The position numbers were made by a program, and so were the translations under genes. A DNA stretch of 60,485 nucleotides, the filler included. It is 4 parts of 4 records of this genome, joined end to end, with 100 filler letters (N's around TTAATTAATTAA, not from the genome) between each part and the next. Parts side by side here need not be neighbours in the genome. Positions count along the whole stretch, not along the records: positions 16,826 to 35,226 come from SRR2962707_4946; 3 more parts are not named here. One strand, given 5' to 3'. Shown here piece after piece: positions 17,878-26,372 of this stretch; positions within the stretch are counted from its first letter, which is position 1, and each line of letters begins with the position of its first letter. A model generated the notes under the pieces. It ran no database searches. It saw nothing but the letters and a program-made list of their open reading frames with translations, and was not told the DNA's origin.

Positions 17878-18645
17878 ATGCGGACGGAAATCGGTTCAGT
17901 TGAAAATTATGCGCTCAAGGCCATGCATGTCCGTTCATGGGCAGCGATCCTGTGCGGGCCCGGCGGGGTGGAGGAGCGGCTTGGTGCCTGTGCGGACGAG
18001 AAGGATATTCCCGCCGGACTTCGCCGCCGTCTCGGGCCGCTCGGCCGGATGGGTGTTGCCTGCGGCCTCGGTGTCGCGCCGGAAGGCGATGCCGATATCG
18101 TTTTCTGTTCGCGGCATGGCGATATTTCTCTCACACATCAATTGCTGACGGCGCTGGTCGAAGGCGAGCCCATGTCGCCCGCCGGATTTTCCATGTCGGT
18201 GCACAACACGGTGCCGGGCGTGCTTGACCTCGCGCGCAAGGCGCGGATCGGTCACACGGCAATTGCGGCAGGCGCGCAGACGCTATCGGCGGGACTTGCC
18301 GAAGCCTGGCTCCGGCTTGCCGCGCGGCCTCATCTCAGTGTCGTGCTTGTTTATGCGGAGATGCCGCTCCCCGAGCTTTACGATCAGTTCTCCGACAGCG
18401 ATCTCGGTGGAACGGCATTTGCGCTCCGTCTCTCGGCACGGGCGGGCGATGACGTCCGCTTCTCTTTCGGGCCGGATGACGGAAAGGTTCAATCGGAGAC
18501 CCCGCTTCTCGACGCGCCGTATGCAGAGTTTCTTGCGCGCATGCTCGTCGAGAAACTGCGGGCTCCGGTTTCGCAAGCGGAACTCCGGTGGCGGTCGCAG
18601 GGATTTCTCTGGTCGTTCGGGAGTTCTGCCGATGCAGCGTCTTGA
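17878..18645 (+). CDS. Beta-ketoacyl synthase chain-length factor (ApeC-like)
   Basis: LRRRL, SRHG, SPAGFSMSVHN motifs; truncated KS N-terminal fold. Confidence 0.85.
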   Translation: MRTEIGSVENYALKAMHVRSWAAILCGPGGVEERLGACADEKDIPAGLRRRLGPLGRMGVACGLGVAPEGDADIVFCSRHGDISLTHQLLTALVEGEPMSPAGFSMSVHNTVPGVLDLARKARIGHTAIAAGAQTLSAGLAEAWLRLAARPHLSVVLVYAEMPLPELYDQFSDSDLGGTAFALRLSARAGDDVRFSFGPDDGKVQSETPLLDAPYAEFLARMLVEKLRAPVSQAELRWRSQGFLWSFGSSADAAS

Positions 18646-19408
18646 TTATCTCTGGCGCCTGTTCGGGACTGCTCTGTCTTTCGCCGCCTTCGGCATCGGC
18701 GGTCTCGTTCTCTCGCTGATTGTCTTCCCGCTCATCAATCTTTTCATACGCGATCGGAGGAAGCGCGCGGTCCATGCGCAAAGGCTTGTGCACGGTGCTT
18801 TCCGGCTGCACCGAAATTTCATGATCGTCATGGGCGTCATGGAGTGGGAGACGCACAATGCCGAAGCGCTGGCGAATGACGAAGGCGTCCTTGTGGTCGC
18901 GAACCACCCGACGCTGCTCGATGTCGTGCTTCTCATGTCGCTGATGAACCGCTCGCAGTGCATCGTGAAGGCGTCCCTTGCCCGCAATCCCTTCATGCGC
19001 GGCGCGGTTGCGGCGACCGGCTACATTCTCAACGACGAAGACCCGGAAAAACTGGTGACGGATTGCGTCGATGCGCTCGCGCAGGGAAACAATCTCATCG
19101 TCTTTCCCGAAGGCTCGCGGACGGTGCCGGGCGCGCCGGTCAAGCTGCAGCGCGGCGTCGCCAATATCGCGATCCGGGGCAAGGCGCCCATTCGTCTCGT
19201 TTCCATAAAGTGCGAGCCGCCGACCCTCATGAAAGGGCAGAAATGGTACGAGATTCCACCCCGTCGCATGCATTTCACGATCCGGGTGCAGGGATTGGTT
19301 GAAACAGAGCCTTATATGAGTGAATCTGTCCCTTCGATTGCCGCGAGGCGTCTGAATGGGGACCTTGCTGAGTGGCTTGGGGGGGAAGTGGGGCATGGAC
19401 CGGCTTGA
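18632..19408 (+). CDS. PlsC-type lysophospholipid acyltransferase (ApeD-like)
   Basis: NHPTLLD (HX4D) and FPEGSR. Confidence 0.9.
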   Translation: MQRLDYLWRLFGTALSFAAFGIGGLVLSLIVFPLINLFIRDRRKRAVHAQRLVHGAFRLHRNFMIVMGVMEWETHNAEALANDEGVLVVANHPTLLDVVLLMSLMNRSQCIVKASLARNPFMRGAVAATGYILNDEDPEKLVTDCVDALAQGNNLIVFPEGSRTVPGAPVKLQRGVANIAIRGKAPIRLVSIKCEPPTLMKGQKWYEIPPRRMHFTIRVQGLVETEPYMSESVPSIAARRLNGDLAEWLGGEVGHGPA

Positions 19409-19664
19409 AGATCGTATTCGGCGTCTCATTGTCGAGACGTTGAATCTGGAAGATATTTCGGCAGACGATATTGGTGAAGACGAGGCGCTCTTCGGAGAAG
19501 GGCTGGGGCTGGATTCCATCGACGCGCTCGAAATCGGCATAGAAATCCAGAAGACCTTCGGAGTGAAGATCGACTCCAAGGATGAAAATCTCGCCAGCTA
19601 TTTTTCAAGCGTCAAGGAGCTGGCGCGTTTCGTGTCCCGGCAGCAGCAGGAGCAGGCGGTATGA
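19395..19664 (+). CDS. Acyl carrier protein (ApeE-like)
   Basis: LFGEGLGLDSIDALE phosphopantetheine site. Confidence 0.92.
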   Translation: MDRLEDRIRRLIVETLNLEDISADDIGEDEALFGEGLGLDSIDALEIGIEIQKTFGVKIDSKDENLASYFSSVKELARFVSRQQQEQAV

Positions 19665-19912
19665 CACGGGACGAAATCTACGAAACGCTGAAAGGCTTTC
19701 TCGTCGAGCTCTTCGAAATCCCCGAGGATCGGATTTCACTCGATGCCCATCTCGCGGACGATCTCGATCTCGACAGCATCGACGCGGTGGATCTCATCCT
19801 CAAGTTGCAGGAGTTCATCGGCCGCAAGGTTTCGGCCGAACAGTTCCGGTCGGTGCGGACGGTGCGTGATGTCATCGACCAGGTTAATGAGCTCCTCGAA
19901 CAGGCGGCCTGA
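19661..19912 (+). CDS. Acyl carrier protein (ApeF-like)
   Basis: DLDLDSIDAVDL...FRSVRTV. Confidence 0.92.
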   Translation: MTRDEIYETLKGFLVELFEIPEDRISLDAHLADDLDLDSIDAVDLILKLQEFIGRKVSAEQFRSVRTVRDVIDQVNELLEQAA

Positions 19913-20468
19913 CTTCTGGGGCACTGCGCTTACCGGCGTGATGTTGCTCGTGCCTGTCGCGACGGTGCTCGGGCTTCGCTTCGTGGGTGCCTGGCCCGTG
20001 GTGATCCTTCTTCTCGCCTGCATTGCGGCCCGTCTTCTCGTGCCGCGCGCGATGCCGGTCCCGGTGACGATGACTGTCTGTCTCATCGCCGTTGCGCTTG
20101 CCGTGCTTGCGGTCAGCACCATTTCGCCGGACCTCGCCGCGCGCCTCTACCCGGTATTCATGAGCGCAACCATGCTTGTCGCCTTCGCTGCCACTCTCTG
20201 GAAGCCGCCCAGCATGATCGAGCGTTTCGCGCGGATCGTGGAGCCGGACCTCGATGCGCGCGGCGTTGCCTATACGCGCCGCGTGACGATGGTCTGGATC
20301 GCCTTCTTCGCATTGAACGGGCTTGTCGCGTTGTGGACGGTCGTGCGAGGCGACCTCTTCTGGTGGGGCCTTTATAACGGGCTCATCAGCTATCTTCTCG
20401 CGGGCACCCTCTTTGCCGTCGAGTTCGTCGTTCGCCAGCGTGTTCGCAGCCGGAGCGGATCGGCATGA
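19887..20468 (+). CDS. Membrane protein (ApeG/COG4648-like)
   Basis: Multiple TM segments; RLYPV, IERFAR, YTRRVT.VW..FF..NG, YNGLISY. Confidence 0.85.
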   Translation: MSSSNRRPDFWGTALTGVMLLVPVATVLGLRFVGAWPVVILLLACIAARLLVPRAMPVPVTMTVCLIAVALAVLAVSTISPDLAARLYPVFMSATMLVAFAATLWKPPSMIERFARIVEPDLDARGVAYTRRVTMVWIAFFALNGLVALWTVVRGDLFWWGLYNGLISYLLAGTLFAVEFVVRQRVRSRSGSA

Positions 20469-22117
20469 CGGCGGACATCTGGTCTTTCCTTTCAAATGCG
20501 GAAAGCGCCGCGCCGGTCGCGCGTCGCGGTGCACAGGATATTTCCGCAGGTGCGCTTCGCGCGGCCGCGCTGTCGCTCGCGGAAGATCTGCGGAAAGAAA
20601 AAGGCGCCGTCTTTCTCTATTGCGAGGATGCCGCACATTTCACAGCGGGGCTTCTTGGTGCGTTGATCGCCCGGCGCGAGATTCTTCTGCCCGCGCATTC
20701 CGCGCCGGCCTATCTCGCCGAGATCGGCGCCGGCCCGCAGAACTTCGTGAGCGACCTCTCCGCGTTTGATGGCAAACATGTCTCCATCGCGGAAGACGGC
20801 AATACCGGCGCCTTGCCCACCATTCCCGATGGACGTATCGGCTTTTTCACATCCGGCACGTCCGGCGATCCGAAACTCTGCATAAAGGCGATGTCTCAGC
20901 TTTCGGCGGAAGTCGCGGTCCTGCGCGATCTGTGGGGCGCTCCGGCGGGCACGGTCGTTGGAACCGTCTCGCACCAGCATATCTATGGGCTTCTTTTTCG
21001 CGTGCTCTGGCCGCTTGCCTCCGGGTCTGTGTTCTTCTCCCGCGTTCACGAAACCTGGGAGAGCGTCGCCGAAAGCGCGGGAGAGCACAGCACGATTGTT
21101 TCCAGTCCCGCGCATCTCGGCCGGATTCCGCCTGCGGTGGCGTTGCGGCACACGCCTGCCTTCATCTTCTCGTCCGGCGGGCCGCTCTCGCCCGAGGCGG
21201 CGCGGGGCGCGCATGTGCAGTTCGGCTGCCTGCCGACGGAAGTTCTCGGCAGCACGGAGACGGGCGGCGTTGCATGGCGCCAGCAGGCGGAGCCGGAGAC
21301 CGCGTGGACGCCGCTCCCTCGCGTCGAAGTGTCCAGAGACGCCGATGGCGCGCTCACGGTCCTCTCCCCGTTCACCGGCTCGCCCGAGCCGGTGCCGATG
21401 GGCGATGCCGTCGAGTTTCTCGATGATGGCCGCTTCCGCCTCAAAGGCAGGCTCGACCGTATCGTCAAGGTCGAGGGCAAACGCGTTTCCCTGCCGCGTG
21501 TCGAGGAAGCCTTGCGGGAGCTGCCGGGGATCGACGATGCGGTGGCGGTCGATTTGCCGGAACGCGGCGGTACGCTTGGCGCCGTTGTCGTGTTGAGTGC
21601 CGGGGAACGGGACGCCTTGTCCGCTCTTGGGCGGTTCCGCTATTCGCGGAAATTGCGCGCCGCGCTTCGGGGCCGTCTCGAGCCGATGGAGCTGCCGCGC
21701 TTCTGGCGTTTCGCCGCCGAGGTTCCGCAGAACAGTCAGGGCAAGAGAATTGCCGCCGTCATCCGGTCGCTGTTCCGTTCGCCCGAACTGCCGCAGATCG
21801 AAGCGGAGCATCGCGACGGCGACAAGGTTGAATTTGATCTCCTGCTTCAGCCGGAGCTCAGATGGTTCGAGGGGCATTTCCCGGACCGGCCCATTCTCCC
21901 GGGTGTCGCGCAACTCCACATCGCCTCCGTTCTCGCGGAAAGAATTTGGGGTATCGAGTTTCCCGGCCATGACATGTCCCGCGTCAAGTTCCGGCACGTG
22001 ATGCAGCCGGGAGAGCGCGTGTCGCTTTCGCTTGTCTGCCGCGAGCGGCGGCTCGACTTTCAATATGTGAGCGGTGGCGAAGTCGTTGCGAGCGGCACGG
22101 TCAGGGGTCTTGAGTGA
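20465..22117 (+). CDS. Acyl-ACP/CoA synthetase (ApeH-like) fused to a hotdog dehydratase (ApeI-like)
   Basis: FTSGTSGDPK, HIYGLLF, GSTETGG, GRLDRIVKVEGKR; C-terminal FEGHFPDRPILPGVAQ. Confidence 0.88.
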   Translation: MTADIWSFLSNAESAAPVARRGAQDISAGALRAAALSLAEDLRKEKGAVFLYCEDAAHFTAGLLGALIARREILLPAHSAPAYLAEIGAGPQNFVSDLSAFDGKHVSIAEDGNTGALPTIPDGRIGFFTSGTSGDPKLCIKAMSQLSAEVAVLRDLWGAPAGTVVGTVSHQHIYGLLFRVLWPLASGSVFFSRVHETWESVAESAGEHSTIVSSPAHLGRIPPAVALRHTPAFIFSSGGPLSPEAARGAHVQFGCLPTEVLGSTETGGVAWRQQAEPETAWTPLPRVEVSRDADGALTVLSPFTGSPEPVPMGDAVEFLDDGRFRLKGRLDRIVKVEGKRVSLPRVEEALRELPGIDDAVAVDLPERGGTLGAVVVLSAGERDALSALGRFRYSRKLRAALRGRLEPMELPRFWRFAAEVPQNSQGKRIAAVIRSLFRSPELPQIEAEHRDGDKVEFDLLLQPELRWFEGHFPDRPILPGVAQLHIASVLAERIWGIEFPGHDMSRVKFRHVMQPGERVSLSLVCRERRLDFQYVSGGEVVASGTVRGLE

Positions 22118-23841
22118 GCGGCTTCAATCCGTGCGCCATCGTTCCGACCTACAGGCATGTCCCTGCCTTGCGCGGCGTTGTGGAAAGGCTTGTGGCCGAA
22201 GGGTTGTCCGTCATTGTCGTCGATGACGGCAATGCGCCGGAGATTGCGGCGCAGATCGCGCAAATATGCGCCGCCATCGACGGCGTGAATTTTCTGCGGC
22301 GCGAAACGAATGGCGGCAAGGGCGCCGCCGTTCTCGACGGCATTGCCTGGGCAGACGCGCATGGTTTCACTCATGCGCTTCAGGTCGACGCCGATGGCCA
22401 GCACGACATTTCCCGCATCGGCGATCTTCTCGCTCTCGCCCGCGCAGAGCCCGAAGCCCTCGTTACCGGCGAACCCGTTTACGACGAAACGATCCCGCGG
22501 AGCCGCCGCATCGCGCGCTGGATCACGCATTTCTGGGTGGCGGTCAACACGCTCACCTTCCGCTACATCGACAGCATGTGCGGCTTTCGCGTCTATCCGG
22601 TCGCCGCGACACGAGACGTAGCGCGCGCGCATCGCCTTGCGCAGCGCATGGCATTCGACACGGAAGTTTTGGTGCGTCTCGTCTGGCGGGGAACGAAAGT
22701 GGTCAGCCTGCCGGTCGCCGTGATCTATCCGCCGGGCAACCATTCCAACTTTGCGCTCTGGGACGACAATCTTCGTATCTCCGGCATGCACGCAAAGCTC
22801 TTCTTCATTATGCTTGCGCGGTTGCCGTTCCTTCTCGTCTCCCGCTTGCGGCAGCCGGCGCAAAATCCGTCCCGGCACTGGGCGCGCATTTCCGAGCGCG
22901 GCGGTTATGCCGGGTTGTGGTTTCTCGGCGCCGTCTATCGCCTGTTCGGCCGCCGGGCCTGTCTTGCCGCCGTGTCGCCGGTCGTTCTCTTCTTCTTTCT
23001 GACAGGCGCGGAGCAAAGACGCGGCTCGCTGTCCTATCTCGCCCATGCGCATCGTGCGGGGTTTATCGCGGAGCGGCCCGGCTGGTGGCTTTCCTTCCGT
23101 CACTTCACGGCCTTCGCGTCTTCCGCCGTCGACAAGCTCGCGGCCTGGACGGGAAACATTCCCGCGTCCGATGTCGACGGGGTGGACGGGGGCGATTTCG
23201 CCGCCGTCAAGGAAAGCGGCAAGGGCGCGCTCGTTCTCACCGCGCATTTCGGCAACCCGGAAGTCCTGCGCGCCATTGCGACGCTCGGCGAGCGCTTCCG
23301 CGTCATGGTCCTTGTCCATACGGTTCATGCCGCGCGCTTCAACCGCCTCATCAACGAGTTCTCCGCCTCGTCCGTCGTCCGCGTCGTGCAGGTGACGTCC
23401 GTCGGCCCGGACACCGCGATCCTCTTGCAGGAGGCGGTCGAGCGGGGCGAGTGGGTTGTCGTGGCGGGCGACCGGGTGCCCGTCAGCGGCAATGAGCGGA
23501 TCAGTTGGGCGCCTTTCCTCGGCGAACTTGCGCCCTTTCCGCAGGGACCGCACATTCTTGCCGCGCTTCTCAAATGCCCGGTCTATCTCCTCCTCTGCCT
23601 GCGCGAAGGGTCGCGCCACCGGGTTCACTTCGAGTGGATGGCGGATCGGATCGTCTTGCCGCGCCGGGACAGGGAAGGGGCGCTTGCCGCTTCCGTCGCC
23701 GATTATGCCCGCCATCTCGAAAGTCATTTGCGTGCGGCGCCGCTACAATGGTTCAACTTTTTCGATTTCTGGCATCCGGCAGGGCTCAGGCCACCTTCCG
23801 CCGCCGAGCTGCCGAAGACAGACAGGACAGGCGTTTCGTGA
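22114..23841 (+). CDS. GT2 glycosyltransferase + LpxL-like acyltransferase fusion (ApeJ-like)
   Basis: VVDDG, NGGKG, QVDADGQH, CGFRVYP; C-terminal AHFGN, GDR, QWFNFFDFW. Confidence 0.9.
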   Translation: MSGFNPCAIVPTYRHVPALRGVVERLVAEGLSVIVVDDGNAPEIAAQIAQICAAIDGVNFLRRETNGGKGAAVLDGIAWADAHGFTHALQVDADGQHDISRIGDLLALARAEPEALVTGEPVYDETIPRSRRIARWITHFWVAVNTLTFRYIDSMCGFRVYPVAATRDVARAHRLAQRMAFDTEVLVRLVWRGTKVVSLPVAVIYPPGNHSNFALWDDNLRISGMHAKLFFIMLARLPFLLVSRLRQPAQNPSRHWARISERGGYAGLWFLGAVYRLFGRRACLAAVSPVVLFFFLTGAEQRRGSLSYLAHAHRAGFIAERPGWWLSFRHFTAFASSAVDKLAAWTGNIPASDVDGVDGGDFAAVKESGKGALVLTAHFGNPEVLRAIATLGERFRVMVLVHTVHAARFNRLINEFSASSVVRVVQVTSVGPDTAILLQEAVERGEWVVVAGDRVPVSGNERISWAPFLGELAPFPQGPHILAALLKCPVYLLLCLREGSRHRVHFEWMADRIVLPRRDREGALAASVADYARHLESHLRAAPLQWFNFFDFWHPAGLRPPSAAELPKTDRTGVS

Positions 23842-25385
23842 CGGGTGAAGTGATTTTTGGCGGGCGGGATCTCACGATAGAGGAGGTTCATGCGCTGGCC
23901 ACGGGCAAGGCTACGGCGCGGCTGAGCGACGATCCGGGCTTTCGCGAGAGCATTACTCGCTCCGCCACGCATGTCGCGGAGACGCTCGCGCGCGACGGCG
24001 TCATCTATGGTGTGACGACGGGCTATGGCGATTCCGTCACGACGCCGGTGCCGCTCGATCTGGTGGCCGAGTTGCCGCTTCACCTCACACGCTTTCATGG
24101 CGTCGGCACAGGCCGCATTCTCACGCCGGAGGAAACGCGCGCTGTCATGGCCGCGCGGCTCGCCTCGCTGGTGCGGGGCTGGTCGGGCGTGAGCTTGGAG
24201 CTCGTCGAGCTTCTCTGCGAGATGCTTCGGCTGGACATCCTGCCGCTCATTCCGGCGGAAGGCTCGGTCGGCGCGAGCGGCGACCTGACGCCGCTCAGCT
24301 ATGTCGCGGGTGCGCTTGCGGGCGAGCGGCGCGTTCTCTTCAAGGGCCGCGAGATGATGTCGGCGGAGGCTTTCGCGGAGGCCGGGTTGAAACCCATTAT
24401 CCTCCGCCCGAAGGAAGCGCTCGCCGTGATGAACGGCACGGCCGTCATGTCCGGCCTTGCCGCTCTTGCCTTTTCGCGCGCGGTTTTTCTCTCCTCGCTC
24501 TCCACGCGCCTGACCTCGCTTGTCTCTCTTTCTCTCCTCGGCAATCCGTCTCATTTCGATGAGCGTCTTTTCGCGGCGAAGCCTCATCCCGGACAGACGA
24601 AGGTCGCGGCCCGTATTCGCGACGATCTTTCCGCCGTCGCCGCGCGCCATGCGCCGTCCCGCCTGCAGGACCGCTATTCGATCCGCTGCGCGCCGCATGT
24701 GATAGGCGTTCTGGAAGACATGATGCCTGCCTTCCGCGCGATGCTCGAAACCGAGATAAACAGCGCAAACGACAATCCGCTGATCGACCCGGAAAGCGGC
24801 GACATTCTCCACGGGGGTCACTTCTATGGCGGTCATGTCGCTTTCGTGATGGATTCGATGAAGAACCTCGTCGCGAATATCGCCGACTTGATGGACAGGC
24901 AGATGGCGCTTCTCGTCGATACGCGCTTCAACAACGGTCTGCCGTCCAATCTTTCGGGCGCGACAGGCCCGCGCGCCGCCCTCAGTCACGGCCTCAAGGC
25001 CTTGCAGATTGCGGCGTCGGCATGGACGGCGGAAGCGTTGAAACTCACCATGCCCGCAAGCGTCTTTTCGCGTTCGACCGAGTGCCACAATCAGGACAAG
25101 GTTTCGATGGGCACCATTGCCGCGCGCGATGCGCTGCGTGTGCTCGAACTGAGCGAGCAGGTCGCGGCAGCGCTGACGATCGCGGTCCGGCAGGGTCTCC
25201 GCCTCCGCCTTGAAAGCGGCAGCCTCTCGAAAGCCGATATCGGATCGTCCGCCACCACCTTCTTTGCAGAGATCGAAGAGGCGATCCCCTTCATCGAGGA
25301 AGACCGTACGCTCGATGTCCTGCTGAATGAGCTTTGCCGCCGGAACGAGACGGGTGCGTGGTCTCTCGACTGGCGGGAGGCGTAA
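23838..25385 (+). CDS. MIO-dependent aromatic amino acid ammonia-lyase (HAL/PAL/TAL family)
   Basis: YGVTTGYG, GSVGASGDL (ASG forming MIO), QDRYSIRC, NDNP, HNQDKVSMG; GTG start overlaps the upstream stop. Confidence 0.92.
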   Translation: MTGEVIFGGRDLTIEEVHALATGKATARLSDDPGFRESITRSATHVAETLARDGVIYGVTTGYGDSVTTPVPLDLVAELPLHLTRFHGVGTGRILTPEETRAVMAARLASLVRGWSGVSLELVELLCEMLRLDILPLIPAEGSVGASGDLTPLSYVAGALAGERRVLFKGREMMSAEAFAEAGLKPIILRPKEALAVMNGTAVMSGLAALAFSRAVFLSSLSTRLTSLVSLSLLGNPSHFDERLFAAKPHPGQTKVAARIRDDLSAVAARHAPSRLQDRYSIRCAPHVIGVLEDMMPAFRAMLETEINSANDNPLIDPESGDILHGGHFYGGHVAFVMDSMKNLVANIADLMDRQMALLVDTRFNNGLPSNLSGATGPRAALSHGLKALQIAASAWTAEALKLTMPASVFSRSTECHNQDKVSMGTIAARDALRVLELSEQVAAALTIAVRQGLRLRLESGSLSKADIGSSATTFFAEIEEAIPFIEEDRTLDVLLNELCRRNETGAWSLDWREA

Positions 25386-25386
25386 C

Positions 25387-25809
25387 ATGAAAGCCATCGT
25401 TACGGCCTCAGTTCCCTTCGATGTTCATTTCTACGATCTCGACCCAATGAACATCGTCTGGCACGGCAACTATTCGAAATATTTCGAACTCGGCCGCGTC
25501 GCGCTTCTCGGGAAAATCGGCTACGGCTATGGCGCCATGAAGGTGTCGGGATATGCCTGGCCGGTCATCGACATGCATATCCGCTACTATCGGGTGCTGG
25601 AACTCGGCCAGCGGGCGGAAGTCCAGGCCAGTATCGTCGAATGGGAAAACCGCCTCAAAATTGACTATCTGATCGCGGACATTGAAACGGGGCGCAAGAT
25701 CACGCGCGGGCATACGGTTCATGTCGCGCTCGATATAGAGACAAAGGAAATGCAATGGGAAACGCCGCCCATCCTGCGCGAAAAGCTCGCTCCATGGCTC
25801 GGGTCGTGA
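25387..25809 (+). CDS. 4HBT-like acyl-CoA/ACP thioesterase (ApeK-like)
   Basis: FYDLDPMNIVWHGNYSKYFE. Confidence 0.9.
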   Translation: MKAIVTASVPFDVHFYDLDPMNIVWHGNYSKYFELGRVALLGKIGYGYGAMKVSGYAWPVIDMHIRYYRVLELGQRAEVQASIVEWENRLKIDYLIADIETGRKITRGHTVHVALDIETKEMQWETPPILREKLAPWLGS

Positions 25810-26372
25810 AGCTCGCCGCGCTGCCGGTCCTGTTCGCTGCCGCCTTTTCCTCGGCGGCGACCGCCGCCACCTGTCCCTCCCCACGGGACATAGAGATCGG
25901 GGAGGTGGACCGGGCCTTCACACAGGAGCGTCACATAAAAGGCATGTCGAAGCCGCTTCTCTCCAGGGGACGGCTCACGGCAGACGAAGACCGCATCGTC
26001 TGGCACATGACCGAGCCTTTCGATGTCGAGACGGTGATCGCGCCCGGCGGCATCACCGAATCCGTCAATGGCGAGGCGCCGAGGCCGGTCGCCTCGGGGT
26101 CGGGAGAACTAGGCGGCGCCGTCGCGCGCTCCGCTGCCGCACTGATGCGCGGAAAATGGGATGAACTTTCGTCGCTCTTCGATGTCTCCGAACCGTCGAC
26201 GCGCGACGATGGCGACTGGCAGGTTCAGCTTTCCCCGCTCAACGAGCGCATGAAGCGGGCGGTCGGCTCGATCGAGGTGACTGGCTGCGAGGATGTGGAG
26301 CGCATCGAGATCGGCGCTGAGGGCGGAGACCGCCACATCGTCACCTTCCCGGCAGTCGAAGACGCGCCATGA
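25794..26372 (+). CDS. LolA-like periplasmic carrier (ApeL-like)
   Basis: Signal peptide; FTQERHIKGMSKPLLSRG...W....PF; alternative GTG start at 25806. Confidence 0.8.
   Translation: MARVVKLAALPVLFAAAFSSAATAATCPSPRDIEIGEVDRAFTQERHIKGMSKPLLSRGRLTADEDRIVWHMTEPFDVETVIAPGGITESVNGEAPRPVASGSGELGGAVARSAAALMRGKWDELSSLFDVSEPSTRDDGDWQVQLSPLNERMKRAVGSIEVTGCEDVERIEIGAEGGDRHIVTFPAVEDAP

Noticed and set aside
23838-25385. Calling the ammonia-lyase hutH
   Set aside because: No other hut genes, embedded in a biosynthetic operon, and it lacks the SH pair of histidine-specific enzymes
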